NCBI GenBank assembly: GCA_001643675.2
Contig: LSRY02000052.1
Span: 62,001-126,000 of the forward strand
Length of the DNA stretch: 64,000 bases
Reading direction: 5' to 3'
Origin: Monocercomonoides exilis PA203
Lineage: Eukaryota > Protista > Preaxostyla
Position 1 is the stretch's first letter, and every line of letters starts with the position of its first letter. Positions 1 to 12,787 of the stretch are shown here, in pieces. A model generated the notes under the pieces. It did not search any database. It was not told where the DNA came from and saw only the letters and a program-made list of their open reading frames with translations. Position numbers and translations under genes: made by a program.

Positions 1-210
1 TGAATTCCGCCAGGTCCTGCTTTGGCAGAAGACTCAGCTCTTTCTAAGGCATCCATTTAGAATATGGGAACAAGACTTTTATTATTTTTGTCTAATTATA
101 ACATAAATGGATCATATCTTCAAAAAGCGATAGTTATTGGAAAATATATGATGAACATTGTTTTTATGACACAATCTTTTTTTTTTTTTTTTTTTTTTTG
201 TAAATCATAT

Positions 211-463
211 GAACAATTATTTTCGAAATCATAACTTTGTTCTGGATGTTTATTATTATGAAAGTACATTGTCATATGCCATTTAATTTTCTTTCAAAAA
301 TAAATTGTTTTTTTGATCATTTTAAAAAGCAATGGTTATGTAAAAAATAGAGATGTGTTGCGTTTGTGTTGTCACACTTCAATGTTTGTTCAAAATTTTT
401 ACAGAACAAGTTTTCAAAATGAGACTTTTGTTCGTAAAAATAGAATTTCACAAATTATCACCC
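211..463. mobile_element. Degenerate ~255-bp MITE (family A, GGGTGATT-type termini)
   Basis: The right end ATTTCACAAATTATCACCC and the internal sequence (GAAATCATAACTTT...TGTTTATT..ATGAAA..AC.TTGTCAT) match the copy at 30720-30977. The left terminus is decayed. Confidence 0.55.
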
Positions 464-611
464 AAATGAATGAAACTTAAATATCATCAATTCCTCAAAA
501 AAATAGTGCATTCAAAAACATTCACTGAAGTTAAAATCAGAAAAATAAATTGTTGTGTCATTCAAAAAAGAATTTTAATTTCTTCATTTTTCATAAACAG
601 TGGATTGTAAT

Positions 612-789
612 GGGACGAAATTCTTGCTTTTATGAAAATGACAACGATTTGTTCCAAACTTTTTCTGCTTTCACATTGTAACAAGTCAAACATTATCATG
701 CAAAAACACTTAGAAAAATTAAAAAAAATGAGAAATTCATTCGTAAACTCTGAAAGGAAAAAAATTCATAAAGGAAAAAATATCGTCCC
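612..789. mobile_element. 178-bp MITE (family B) with 25-bp imperfect TIRs and AT flanks
   Basis: Left end GGGACGAAATTCTTGCTTTTATGAA versus reverse complement of right end GGGACGATATTTTTTCCTTTATGAA (21/25 identical). AT lies immediately outside both ends (610-611, 790-791). Confidence 0.65.
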
Positions 790-1018
790 ATATTTATAAA
801 GATTCAGATAAACAAACATTATTTTTCGCAATTGGGAAAAGATTAGACACTTTAATAATTGAATAACTGTGCAAAAAAAATATTCGACATTCGTCTTTCT
901 TGAAACTTGCGGTTATAATGCTTATAACAACAACATCAAAAAATAAATAATTCGTATATTCAACGGTAAAATATTGCAAATTATGAGTTAGAGATCAAAA
1001 TTTGTTGATATCGTTTTA

Positions 1019-1444
1019 ATGTTCTTTACTGTTATTGCTTTACTGGCTTCAAACTTGTTCGCAGAAGATTTCGAAGAGTTGGAGGAATATGACTATGATG
1101 AATATGCTTATCTCGAAGACGATGATGGCGAAGAAACACCACAAGGATTTGGAATTGCAATGTTTGACAGAGACGAAGTTGAAATGTTGATAGATGCCGA
1201 ATTTGCAGGAATTAACACATGCTCTGTTTGCAAAACAGTTGTTAACTACGCTTCAAACCTTGCATCCAAATATGGATCCTCAAAAGTTAAATCTCTTGTT
1301 AAGGATAAAGTTTGCGCCGCCAAGCCAGGTGCATTCGAGTCCGTTTGTGACTTTGTTGCAGACAAGGTTATTGACTGGGCCTTCTCTGAGTTGAAGAAGA
1401 AAGTCAATGCAAACACCTTGTGCAAGAAAATTACTTTGTGCTAA
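1019..1444 (+). CDS. Secreted saposin-like protein (amoebapore/NK-lysin-type SapB domain) with acidic propeptide
   Basis: Signal peptide MFFTVIALLASNLFA, then a D/E-rich segment, then a C-terminal domain with six Cys in saposin spacing (CSVC...C...C...C...C at the terminus). Intronless ATG-TAA. Confidence 0.85.
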   Translation: MFFTVIALLASNLFAEDFEELEEYDYDEYAYLEDDDGEETPQGFGIAMFDRDEVEMLIDAEFAGINTCSVCKTVVNYASNLASKYGSSKVKSLVKDKVCAAKPGAFESVCDFVADKVIDWAFSELKKKVNANTLCKKITLC

Positions 1445-1882
1445 ATTTATAGAGATAATGATTTAGCTAGAGTTCAATTGTGTTTTGATTTAATTTTTTA
1501 TTTCACTTTCTTAATATCCAGAGTTTAATGTCTTGAGAATTGACATTTGTTTTGACGATCGAATTTTTTTCGATGGTTTTAACGCAAATAAAATAAAATA
1601 AACAAAAAAGTATTAAATATTTTTGAGAAGCATTTGAATTTCATTGAAAGAATTTGTTTAAATAAATTTGATTTAACAAAAAATAAATTCAAATGAGTTT
1701 AGGCCTTCAATGATTAATTGCAAGAGTTGATGAAGTGATTGTGTCTTTATTTACCTTTTCTTTTGGCTGAAACCCCAGAAAGTGTTATTATTTAAGTTCA
1801 TTAATAGAAAATGTTTTATTTGATCAAAATAACCATTTAGTCTTTCATCTTTAATTTTTTACTGTTTCTTGCTGTACGTGAT

Positions 1883-4800
1883 ATGGCAACGCCGGATACA
1901 CGATCAGTGAGTAGCGTTGGAAACGATGATAGAGCTACAGTTCCATATGCAAGATTTGGATCATTCGATCAATTGTATCGATAGATTTTTTATTTTTTTA
2001 ATAATTTAAAATTATCTTGTTAAAGCATTTTTTCATTTTTTTATGGATACAAAGTTGTATGCACTTTTGTTTTTTTAAGTCTCTTTATTTTAACGCTTCA
2101 TCTTTTTAAGCATTCAAAGCCAATTTCTCCTTTATATATAACTATCTGTGGCGTTATTATGAGTTTTCAATGGCTATTCCTTTCAATGCGTCGCAGCGAC
2201 GTTCCTAATTTGTATTTTACAGAAGTTTATAGGAGAATTGGGTATTTTATTGCTTTCAAGCTTATCTTAACAAATGTATTTTTTCAGACTTTATTTTGAT
2301 CCTTCCTTCTATTCTCCATCCTTCATTTCATTTCTTGTATTTTTTATAATTGCATGTGCTATTTGCACAATAACAATTTCACTTGGAGGAATTATATGTT
2401 TCCTTATTCGGCATGAATCAGGAATACATCATGGGCTTCATTCAATTTCCGATTATTGCGGTCTTTCTCTTTCCCATTTTTTAGCAAGTCCTTCAATAAT
2501 TCTTTTTACAAAGCCAATAAGCTGTCTTATTACTTCGACGCGAACAGATAATATGACTTACTGCAATGACAGTGCTGAATTAGCACTTTCAATTGTTGGA
2601 GTTATAATGCTGTTTATTTTTGTCGTTTTTACAACCATGTACAGATTTTTCGTGATAGACTTACAGCTTAAAAAGCCGAATATGAATTCATACAGGAAGG
2701 GGATATTCCCGGCTTTTCTACACATCATCAATGTTCTTTCATCATTTCTCTGTTCTTTGTTCCAAGAGTGGCTACCGATTGTTTCAAGCATAGTGCATAT
2801 CCTATTGTTTTCCATTCTCACATTCTCTCAAATTTATTTCCTTCCAAACACCAAAATCAGCGGAAACAAGATTTACGCAGGTGTCTTTGCAGCATCTGCT
2901 ATGAGCGGAGTGACGTCTTTGCTGATGCCGTACTTTAATTCCCTCGCTGCCGTATCTCCAGCCGCAGGAATAATTCTCTTCTATCTATCATGGATCATCC
3001 TTTCTGTTGCCGGCGCGCTACTTGCTGGCTTTGCAGTATCCAAAAGGCACACAAAAATGATGCTTTTGCGACCGAAGTATGAGACTTCGTCTGATGTGGC
3101 ATTCACCCAGTTCCTTCTGTCCAGCAAAGAGCTCAACAAGAGCGCCGCTAAGCAGAGCAGCAGCGCCAAGAAAAAGCAGACCAAAAAGGTCATCACAGGG
3201 TTCACAGTGTCTGTGGACGAGATCACCATCGAGCACCGCTTTACGAGCCAGCAGCCGATGACTGGGGCACACACGCCTTATCCCGAAGTCCAGCCGCTCT
3301 CCGTCAGCTCTACACCTGCACTAGCTCCCATCATCAACAGCTCGATATTCCCCACCTCGTCCTTCACATCGTCTTCTTCGCAGGAGGCGAACCTTGTCTG
3401 CGACAAATCTGCTGTCTCAAAGAACCGCCAGGCAGACGGCCCAGAATTCCTGGCGTATCAGAACGAGATCATCAACGCGCTGCTGCGGCGGTTTGCCTCA
3501 CCCGCCAGCATCTGGCACTCGCTCACGTTCCTGTCAATTCCAGAGATGAATTCTGACAACAGCGTCGTCCGCTTTGTGAACAACTTCTTCCTCGCCGCGC
3601 TGAAAAAGGAGAAGTTCTCGTCGTCGGCGGAGCTGTTCGTTTCGTATGCGCTTTTCCTGCGCTGCTTCTACAAGTCCCCTCAAAAAGTGGCAGCGCAGCT
3701 GCAGAAGGCGTGTGACTTGTACCCTGGGTGGACGAGCAGGTGGCTGATATGGACGCACACGAAGGAGCTTGAGGCACAGGCGAACGGAAGAGGTTACTCA
3801 GGCTCAGCAGGTGGAGGAACAACGAGTGGGTACGGGATGAGTGGGGATGGAGTGGCAGAAGGTGGAAACAGCACGATGCAGCTGTCGTCGCTGTCGAGCA
3901 TGCGGTTCCAGATGTCGCAGGCGCAGAAGCACTACGAGCTGGCAAAGGCGCACATATACAGGATGTGGTCTCTGCTCTCTCGGCGTGTGGTGGATGTGGA
4001 CAGCGTCATGCGCCATGCTGTCAGCGCCATCAAGTTCGAGAAGCTGGCACACGAGGTGTATGCACAGGCGCTGGAGCAGAACCCGGACAATCCGAATGTC
4101 ATGCGGCGATTGGCGCTGCTTGTGCGGGACGTGTACTCAGACGACCAGACAGCGAATGAGCTGCTGCACGAGGCAGATCAGATTGAGGAAGAGGCCATCA
4201 CGACAGACTTTATGGACACTGAGCGCACAGAAGACAGATCGACACCCGGGTTTGACGAGATCAACATGGGTGTGGAGTTTCAAGGGATCACCAGCCAGCG
4301 CCGCCGGACGCTCAGCAGCAGAAACAGCGTCGCGGCTGGCGACGACAGTTGGAATGTGATGTCTGAGAAGGAAGGAGATGGCTTTTCAGGGCTGGCGAGA
4401 GTGCGGACGAGGGACAACAGGCACGGGAGACACAAGAGCGGGCGGAAAGGAGAGAAAGACCGCCATTCTTCGGGGAAGAAGCACGGAGTGTCTCTGATTG
4501 AAGGGATGGTGAAGAAAGAGAACACGTTTGACTGGCTGAACCTGATGCTGCCTGTGCTGGTGCTTGGGATATTCATAGTGACAGGGCTGTTTGTCGGGGC
4601 GTATGTGATGTCGACGATGCAGTTCAGCAAGATCCAGACGACTGTTGAGTGTGAGAGGCACCTGCTGACGATGAGTGCGAACATCAACCACATTGTGGAT
4701 CTGGACATGGACATACTCGAGCTGAGCGAGAACTTCGTGGTCAATCCGCAGAATGTGTCGACAGATGAGCTACTGGAGTACATGAGGCGGTCGCTGGAGT

Positions 4801-7520
4801 ATCTCGAAGACACAGCCAGGCGCCAGTCGAGTGTATACGACATGATGGACACAAACTGGATATGGAAGAACAAGTTCATCGATTGGATCGTCGCTGACCG
4901 CGACAGCGCCTCATCGCTTATCAAGTACTTCTTCCAGATTGAGCTGGACACCCTGAGCCAGTTCACGTACGTTGAAGATGCAGCCATCGAATTCATTGAC
5001 ATCATCAACACACACTCGGGAGAGTTGTTTGTGCTAGAGCGTCTGGCGATGCTGCTGATGATGAATGTGCCGATGATCAGCAACGAGGAGATGAAGGAGC
5101 TTGCTGGGGTGACCAACGACGAGATCGCGAAGATCACGACGACCACAACCATTGTGATGGCGATATTTCTTGCACTGGACATCCTAATTCTCTCAGGAAC
5201 TGCAACAATTCCTCTGGCGATTGCCATTCTGAACATCAAAAAGAGCCGCGTTGAGATTATGCGGCAGCTGTGCAACATCCCCGCAGACACGGCTTCGAAG
5301 ATGCTGGAGAAGATCGACGGGCGGGCGAGCGGGAACAAGAACTGCAGCACTCGCACAGCCAATTCGTCGATCGGGTCGGTCTCTGACATCGACGTCGAGA
5401 TCTCTGACGCCCGCACAAACCAGATCACCCAGCGGGTGAAGAAAGTGACTGATGTGCAGCAGCTTTTCTCGCCAGCGCCTGACTCCATTCCAGAATCAAC
5501 TCCTCATTCGCAGCGGAGCCTCAGCTCAAGAAGCATTCCAGAGGTGGAGAAGATCAACATGCCGATGGAGAAGAGCATCACCCCGCTGATGTTCCAGATG
5601 ATGCACACGCCGCAGCCGAACAAGCCGCAGCTGGAGTTCACACAGAACGAGGACAGCTTCTTCCAGTCTACAAAGGAGATTGAAATAGAACTGAAGCCGA
5701 GGTCGAGCAGAAGCAGGAGCAACAAGAAGAAGAGGAAAGATAAAGGCAAAGAGAAAGAGAAAGATAAAGACAAGAGCTATGCCAGCCGCAAAAGCAAGTC
5801 TGGAACAGAGATGGATACTTCTGCCTCAGAAAGCAATGAAGATAACTCCAGTGAGTCCAGAAGCAGCCGCGATGGTGATGACAACACGTTGGATTCAGAG
5901 GACTCGGAATACAAAGCACGCAAAGAGAAGAAGAGAAAAGAGAAAGAAAGAGAAAGAAGAGAGAAGCAGCGGAAGAAGAAAGAGGAAGAGATCACAGCTG
6001 CTCTGGAAGAGGACCATAAGCAGATGATGAAGCAGCGGGAAGCGGACGTTGACAAGAAGCTGAACAGTCTTTCGAACATTATCCCACCGTCTGTCATCAT
6101 CCGCATCCTTCTGGGCGACCTGCTCATCATTATTGCAACCAGCTCCTATTACATCGTGGCCTTTGTGGCGTTTGCCAACTCTCCCATCTCGTCCTCCCAG
6201 CTGCTGTTGGGGCAGTACAGGGACGTGGTCATATCACAGCTGAGCACATTCTCAACAATGCTGGCATCGAAGCAACTATATCCGCCTGTCAACAGCTCCA
6301 TCGTCTACTCGTCTCCCAAGCTGACATCTCACATATTCACATCATCTGAGTACTTCTCCTCTATCGACAACCTCCGCTCAACGGTCTCCAAGCTCTCTCA
6401 GTTCCTCACCACACTCACCCGGCGCTACCTCCTTGGCACTGAAGATGGTGGGCTGACAGGCGACTGTGTGATGGATGCAATCACAGCACCAAGGACACAA
6501 GGATCAGACAAAGTGCTGGACGATATAGCGAATGCTCCGACATCGTGCTTGCTGGCCAATCAGACGATCTGCGAAACCCGCACATCTGCAGACCTTGGCG
6601 GGATTCCGTTCCCGTTCTATGGGATTTCTGAGCTGATTGTGCGTGTGGTGTCTGCGGTGAATGAGCTGGTGCGAACACCGGAAGACAAGCTGGTGTTCGA
6701 TCTGCCCAATGTGCAGCTGATCAAGCTGGTCATTTCGAACGATCTTTCAGCGGGCATCTCGCAAATTGGGGTGCATTTGGAAGAAAAAACATCTGAATTC
6801 AACTCGACTTACTCAACCGCGCTGCTTGTGCTGTTCATTGTCGTGTTTGTGCTGGTCATTGTGTTTGCAGCAGTCTTCTTCCTTCCTTTGCCAAGTGAGG
6901 TGCACGAGATCAAAAAGACGACAAGTGCAATTGAGCGTCTGGCACATACGAAGGTGTACACAACGATCCACTGGATGGATGAGCTAGACACATCGGTGGG
7001 GCGGATGGACCTGGCACACAGAGCACTCGTAGATACTCTCTCAGGACTGGTGCAGATTGTGGACAAGAACGAGCCGACGGAGAAACTGAAAAACCAATTG
7101 GATCAGCTTATTTTGTATACAGGGACACACTTTGCAGATGAGGAGGCGCTGATGAAGCAGTACAAGTACCCGTGGAAACTGCAGGCTGCACATAAAGCAG
7201 CGCATGTGCATCTCGTGAGGAAAGTGCTGGAGTTTTCGGACAAACTAAGGAGGACACGGCTTCCACTGGCGGATGTGGTGATGTTTGCGACGACGTGGAT
7301 ATTTAAGCACATCAAGACACTCGATCAAGAACTGGGCATGTATCTTCTGCATCATGGGAAATCAGAAATCCTGTCGCAGACGCCGAATCTCGAGGAGTTT
7401 GTGATTCCTCCGTCTGTTTTGGAGTTCTTCGACAGTGAGAATGTGACAATGAAGGAGCAGTCAATCTTTGAGGAGACTGTTGCCAGGCTTCGTTCACTGC
7501 CAGCTGGTTCTATGAATTGA
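1883..7520 (+). CDS. Large multi-pass membrane protein: N-terminal TM bundle, TmcB/TmcC-like TPR region, further TM segments, C-terminal hemerythrin domain
   Basis: ATG at 1883 joins in frame to ORF 2274-7520 via three short GT-AG introns (~1975-2025, ~2059-2110, ~2242-2288). Many hydrophobic segments are present. The TPR-like region reads ELFVSYALFL...YAQALEQNPDNPNVMRRLALLVRDVYSDDQTANELLHEADQIEEE. A hemerythrin motif follows the last TM. Confidence 0.85.
6966..7347 (+). other. Hemerythrin (non-heme di-iron) domain
   Basis: IHW..ELDTSVGRMDLAH...HFADEEALMKQYKYP...HKAAH...WIFKHIKTLD. All seven canonical ligands (H, HxxxE, HxxxH, HxxxxD) are present, plus the conserved W and YP. Confidence 0.92.
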
Positions 7521-8563
7521 ATTTAAATAAGCAATAATAAATAAAATAAAATAAAAAATAAAAATAAAAATTAATATTTATTTCAAAAAAAAAAAAAACG
7601 TTCTAACACCAAATTCTCTTTTTAGCAACATAATGTTTGTGAACAGTTTATATCACGTTTCTTTTTCTTTTCCTTTCTTTTCTTATTTATCTTTTCAGAG
7701 TTGTGTGTGAACATTAGTGGGACTTTTTACTATAGCCTTTTTTATAACATCCTCTGAACGTTGAAATTATGTATTATTTTTGATGTTCATCGAGCTTTCC
7801 CGAATTCTTTATTTATTCTTTACATTGCGCATATCGATCTTTTCTTTATGTGTTTCTTTTCGTTTCAACCATCGCATGTAACGGACACATTTTTTTCGAT
7901 TCTGTATATTTTTATTTTATTTTATTAAATTTAATTTATTATTTTTTTTTTTTAGATATCTTTTCATTATTGTATATGCAACTTTACTTTTCTAAGAATA
8001 TAACATTTTTATTAATTGTTAGATTACTAGAAAAGGAAGAACCTTTTATACGATTTTTATTTTTCAAACACTGAAAAAGGTGATTTATGATTCACAATTG
8101 ATTTTTAATAGTAGTTTTTAATTTTTTTTTTAAATTTATTTTGTATTTTGAGTCAAATCGCACTACTTTTGAAAAATCAGATGAGCTTATTGAAGCAAAC
8201 CATGGTCTTTTGCACAATATAAATTTGAATTTTTATGCAATTTGAATTCAAGAATAGTAATCTGCTTTCCAAAAAATTTATATTTAAAATTAAATCTAAA
8301 TCTTTCTTTTTTTGTATGACTTAAAAAATTTTTATTCTCAATTTCTTTCAAAAAATATGATGAAACGATGTTTTTTCATTAATTATTGAGAAAAGAAGAA
8401 GAAAATTAAAAATGTCAGCTGCAACAAACAAAGAAGAATACAAAATGAAGCAAACATAAACAGACGAAGAATGAAATGAAAGTACCATTCACAAAATGAA
8501 ATGTTACGCACACGCACGAATCACAGAAAACTGCTCTCTTAATAAACAACAATAGCATTTCCT

Positions 8564-11500
8564 CTATTGAAAGTCCTCCTGATAACTTTGTGCCTGCTCT
8601 GCTGCTTCTTCAGCTTGTGAAGCTGAATCAGCACGTTTCTCTTCAGAGCCATCAACTGGAGAAGGCGATTCTCTGTTGGGTAATTCGCCTTCAGCTGACT
8701 CTTTTTGAGGAGGTGGTGAAGAAGTTGGAGAAACCGAATTGATTTGCGAAGGAGAAGAAACCTCACTTCTTTGTCTTCCTGTCAATTCGCTGCTATCTTC
8801 GTTCTTCTCATTCTGAATTGCTTCCTCCTCTTCTCTCGCTTGAAGCTCGTCTTCTGTCAAATTCGTGTTTTCCTCATCTTTCTCCATTCCCTCTTCTCCT
8901 TCTCCTTCTCCTTCTCCTTCCCCTGCCTCCTCCTCTGCATCTGTCTCAATACTCTTCAGATTCAATCCTTTTCTCCCTGGCCTCGGCCTTCCTCCTCTCG
9001 CTTCTCTCAACTTCCGCTCTTCTTTTTCCTGCTCCTGCGCCTCCCACAGCAGCTGCTGTGCCATCTGCGGTGTCATCACTTCCCTGTTCGTCAGCGCCTC
9101 TTCCATCTTCTTTCTTGTCGATGGCGGAATCCGGAACGACCGTGCCACGCCTGTCAGCTCAGTCGTCTTCGACACTGCAGACAGCGTCTCCCTCACAATG
9201 TCACTCTCATCCTCGTGTCTGTGGTGTGATGGTCCAACCAGCCCACCACCAATACCTGCATCAGAGTTCAGGCTGTCGTCCTTCAGAGAGACATACGAGC
9301 ACGTCTGCCGCGTCATGCTTCCTGTCATCCCTTTTTGTGGCTGGAGCATTCTTTCCTCAGCTGCCAGCTCCTGTTTGTGTGTGATGTGCCACCGGCGGAT
9401 GTTCGAAATCGCATCTGCTGCCGCGTCCTGTGTAGGCGCATCAAGTGACAGCAGAAGCACGCTCAGCGCAGACACACAGTCAGCCGCACGCAGCTGGTGC
9501 GAGTTGGTGCGGTCGAAGGAGACAGCTCGGATGGCACGGGCAATCGAGCGGAGGGTGAGGACAAGCGACGCCTTCGCTCGCTCGCGATGGACAGCTGTTG
9601 AGAACTGATCGGCTGAGGCTGTGGAAGAAGACGAGTATGAAAGGTCGTTCCGCTTCGTCGTCTTCAATGCTCCATTTTTGGATGTTGAAGACATCGTGCT
9701 TTTGAGAGAAGACGACGATGTCAGCGGAGCGGAGCTGCTTCTGGTTGTTGTGGCAGCTGCTTTTGGTGTCTGGCGGATTCCTTTCTCCTTCTCGCTCTGC
9801 TCAGCCTGGTTGATTGCATCCATCTTTCTGTTCCCGTCCTTCAAGAACGATACTAACGGCACTACTCCGCCCAGTTTCCCCATCAGCAGCGCATTCTCCT
9901 CTGTTCGGCAGACAGACGTGATTGCATCGCACAGCCGCCTTTTCAGTGAGTCGTTCTTCGTCAGTGTAAGCATCGCCAGCAGAGGCATCAGGCCAACTTC
10001 CACCAGCACAGCTAAGTTCTCATCGTCATCTTTAGCCAAATTCGCAATCACGCTGCACGTTGCAGCCCTCACGTCATCGTCTTTGATCGTCAGCAGCTCC
10101 ACAATCTGAGACAGAGCACCGACGTAATTCCTGCCCACAACTGCTGCGTTGTTCGGGTCAGCCAGAAGTGGAGTGAGCACAAAAGCAGCAGCAGTGATGA
10201 CGCCGAGGTTGGACGAGCGGAACAGCGACCACAGCAGCCGCAGCCCGTCGTTCTGTGCGATGATGGCGATCGATTCTTTCTCCTCGGCACACTCCGCAAG
10301 CGCATTGCACACGTTGATCAGCAGCTTGTCGTTCATCACGTGCAGCAGCCGGATCATAAACAGCAGCCCTCCTTTCTCGCGGATCATCTTCTTCCCACTC
10401 GCAAAGTGCGCCAGCTTCTCAATGGCCCCCGCAGCGTGTATTTGGATGCGCGTGTCTGACGACTTCAGCAGGTCCAGGAGAACTGGCAGCACAGACTTAA
10501 TCAGCAGCTCAGCGCAGTCTTCGTCTGCACTCGCATGGCCCACGGCTGTAGATAGTGCCACAAGCAGATGGGGCTCCTTCTGAGAGAACAGCGAGGCTAG
10601 CAGATTTAAGCAGCCGAGCTCGCGGATGATCTTCTGCCCTTTCGGCTCCTCGCAGCAGCACCAACCGAGGCACCGCACAGCCAGCGTGAGCGTCTCTGTG
10701 TCGCTGCACCATTTCAGCAGCCGCATCATCTCCAGCAGCGTGTGGTGCTCAACGAGGATGCCCCTGTTCTCTTTGTCCAGGGCGAAGTTGGCGAGCGCAC
10801 CAGTCAGCGCCTTGATGCCTTCGAGGTTGGACGGGTTGAAGCGCTGGGTCGCATACTGCTGCTGGTGCGTGAAGAACTGCTGTAGCTCCGCATTTGAGGT
10901 GCCTGTGGCCTGCTTTGGCGGTGGTGGGATGAATGTGACAGTAGCCGACGAAGAAGCAGATGCAGAAGAAGACAATGCAGATAGATTAGCAGTTGAGGCT
11001 GATGTCGATGAAGACGAAGAAAGCGGAGGAAGACGTGCTGGCACTCCCTTTGTTGTAGTCGCTGGTGAAGAACGCTTTGCAGAAGACGTGATTTGCGAAG
11101 ATCTCCTCGTTGACGAGCCAGCAGAGGCAGACAAAGAAGACGAAGCCGACAGCGAAGGAGAACGGACCCCCTTTATCGGCTGCATTCCTGACAAAGCATC
11201 TCTTGTGGTTGTCTGAGATGAGGTTTGAGCTCCGCCGAGAAGAGAAGAGGGTCGAACAGAACTTGCTGGCATGGGTGGCACGCCTTCGGTTGAGTTAGCA
11301 AAATGCCTGAATGTTTTGATGATGATTGGCAGGATCTTCAAATCAGATGCATCTCTTCGGCAGTTCTTGCTCTTCGAAGCCATCCAAATAAAGTTTGAGG
11401 CAGCAGTTAGTCTTTCTTTATCTTTAGCTGAATTCAAAACACGCACTGCAACTTGAATGCCTCCGTTTTCTCGCACAATGCGTCTGTTGCGGTGATATGC

Positions 11501-12548
11501 CATCAGTCTGGCTGCTGCGTCTAATCCAACTGCCTGCACATGTGCACATTCATCTTTGACAATCGTGTCAACAACCATTTTAACCTCGTGGCTGTCGTGC
11601 ATCGCTGCTTGGATGAATGGGTTTGCTGCAATTCTTCGAAAGATTTCTCCAACAGATCCCCGAAGCTTCTCATCTTTTGCTGTCAAATACTTGCACAAAT
11701 GAGGAAGTCCACCGCAATCTCGAATGGCCAACTGATTGCATGGCTTTGATAAATCAGCTTCCAATATTGATGCGCACGCGACATTTACAACAGGGATGTT
11801 GCCTTCAGATATAACTGATACTGCTTTGTAAATTCTTCCAAAATCTGGATTGTTGCCTTCGGAAATAGCTTTTGTATTTCGTCGAAGATTAAGCTCATCG
11901 TACCCTTCATCATCACTTTCGACCTTGTCGTCTGCAGGGTCGTATTTCTTTAATAATCAAACGATTTACTAAATTATCGAAAATAAAAAAAGAATATCCA
12001 AACAGTTGTATCTTTGTCTTCAGTCAAAGTGCCACTCTTTCCTCCGATTGAGCGTTCTAGCATCTGAGATCCTTTTGTAGATTTTGAAGTGCTTTCAAGA
12101 ACAAACTTCTCATATGCTGTCAAAAATTCTTCGCGCTGTGATTTTAATGGAGAATTCACTAAATTAGAAAATAATTTAACATTCATTTTTAATAAAAACA
12201 TAAAACATTCAATAAAAATAAATAAATTTGCAAGCCAATCGCTTTTGTTTGCTCGTAGTCATCATTCATTGCTGATAAAGTATCCCACATGAGTAGATTT
12301 TCTGGAGGCCGATGATTAGGCATTGCACGCCTATCTAATCCGGCTTTTGTAGAAGTTTCATCATGAATTTTAAAATATTCAATTGTATTTCTTTTTCTAC
12401 GAGGAGAATGAGAAGTACTACGTCTTTCACTGCTTAACGTGGCTCCCATGGAATCTTTCCTTTCTCGACTGAAGGATGTTCTGCCTCGTGACGTTTGCAT
12501 CGAATGTAATCGGTGGTCTTCTTGCGTTGAAGGCCTTGAACTTGACAT
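8564..12548 (-). CDS. ODAD2: Armadillo-repeat outer dynein arm docking protein (ARMC4/ODAD2-like)
   Basis: CNQLAIRDCGGL, GLRLLWSLFRS, GRNYVGALSQIVELL, IANLAKDDDENLAVL and VVPLVSFLK match recalled ARMC4 motifs. Upstream ORFs 12189-12548 and 11974-12201 supply the 5' exons through two introns. Confidence 0.85.
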
Positions 12549-12787
12549 TAATGCAGAAAAAAATATCTCAACTGCTATCAGTTATAGTATGGCCCATGAT
12601 CACAATAGTCGAAAAATATCAGAATTATCTGAATAATGAACCATGAGTAAGGAAACATAATTCAATTTCAATTCTATATCCATCGAATCAAAAATGTTCA
12701 AGAAATGAATAATTACGGGAGAGAGCAAATTGAAATCTATTTGTTTTTTGAGTTTAATAACTTTGCAAATAGCAACACTTCATCCTG

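Noticed and set aside
12549-12787. Shared CRTGAT/ATCAYG promoter motif (1877, 12595, 44730, 45529)
   Set aside because: A degenerate 6-mer at inconsistent distances from starts cannot be distinguished from chance without genome-wide counts.
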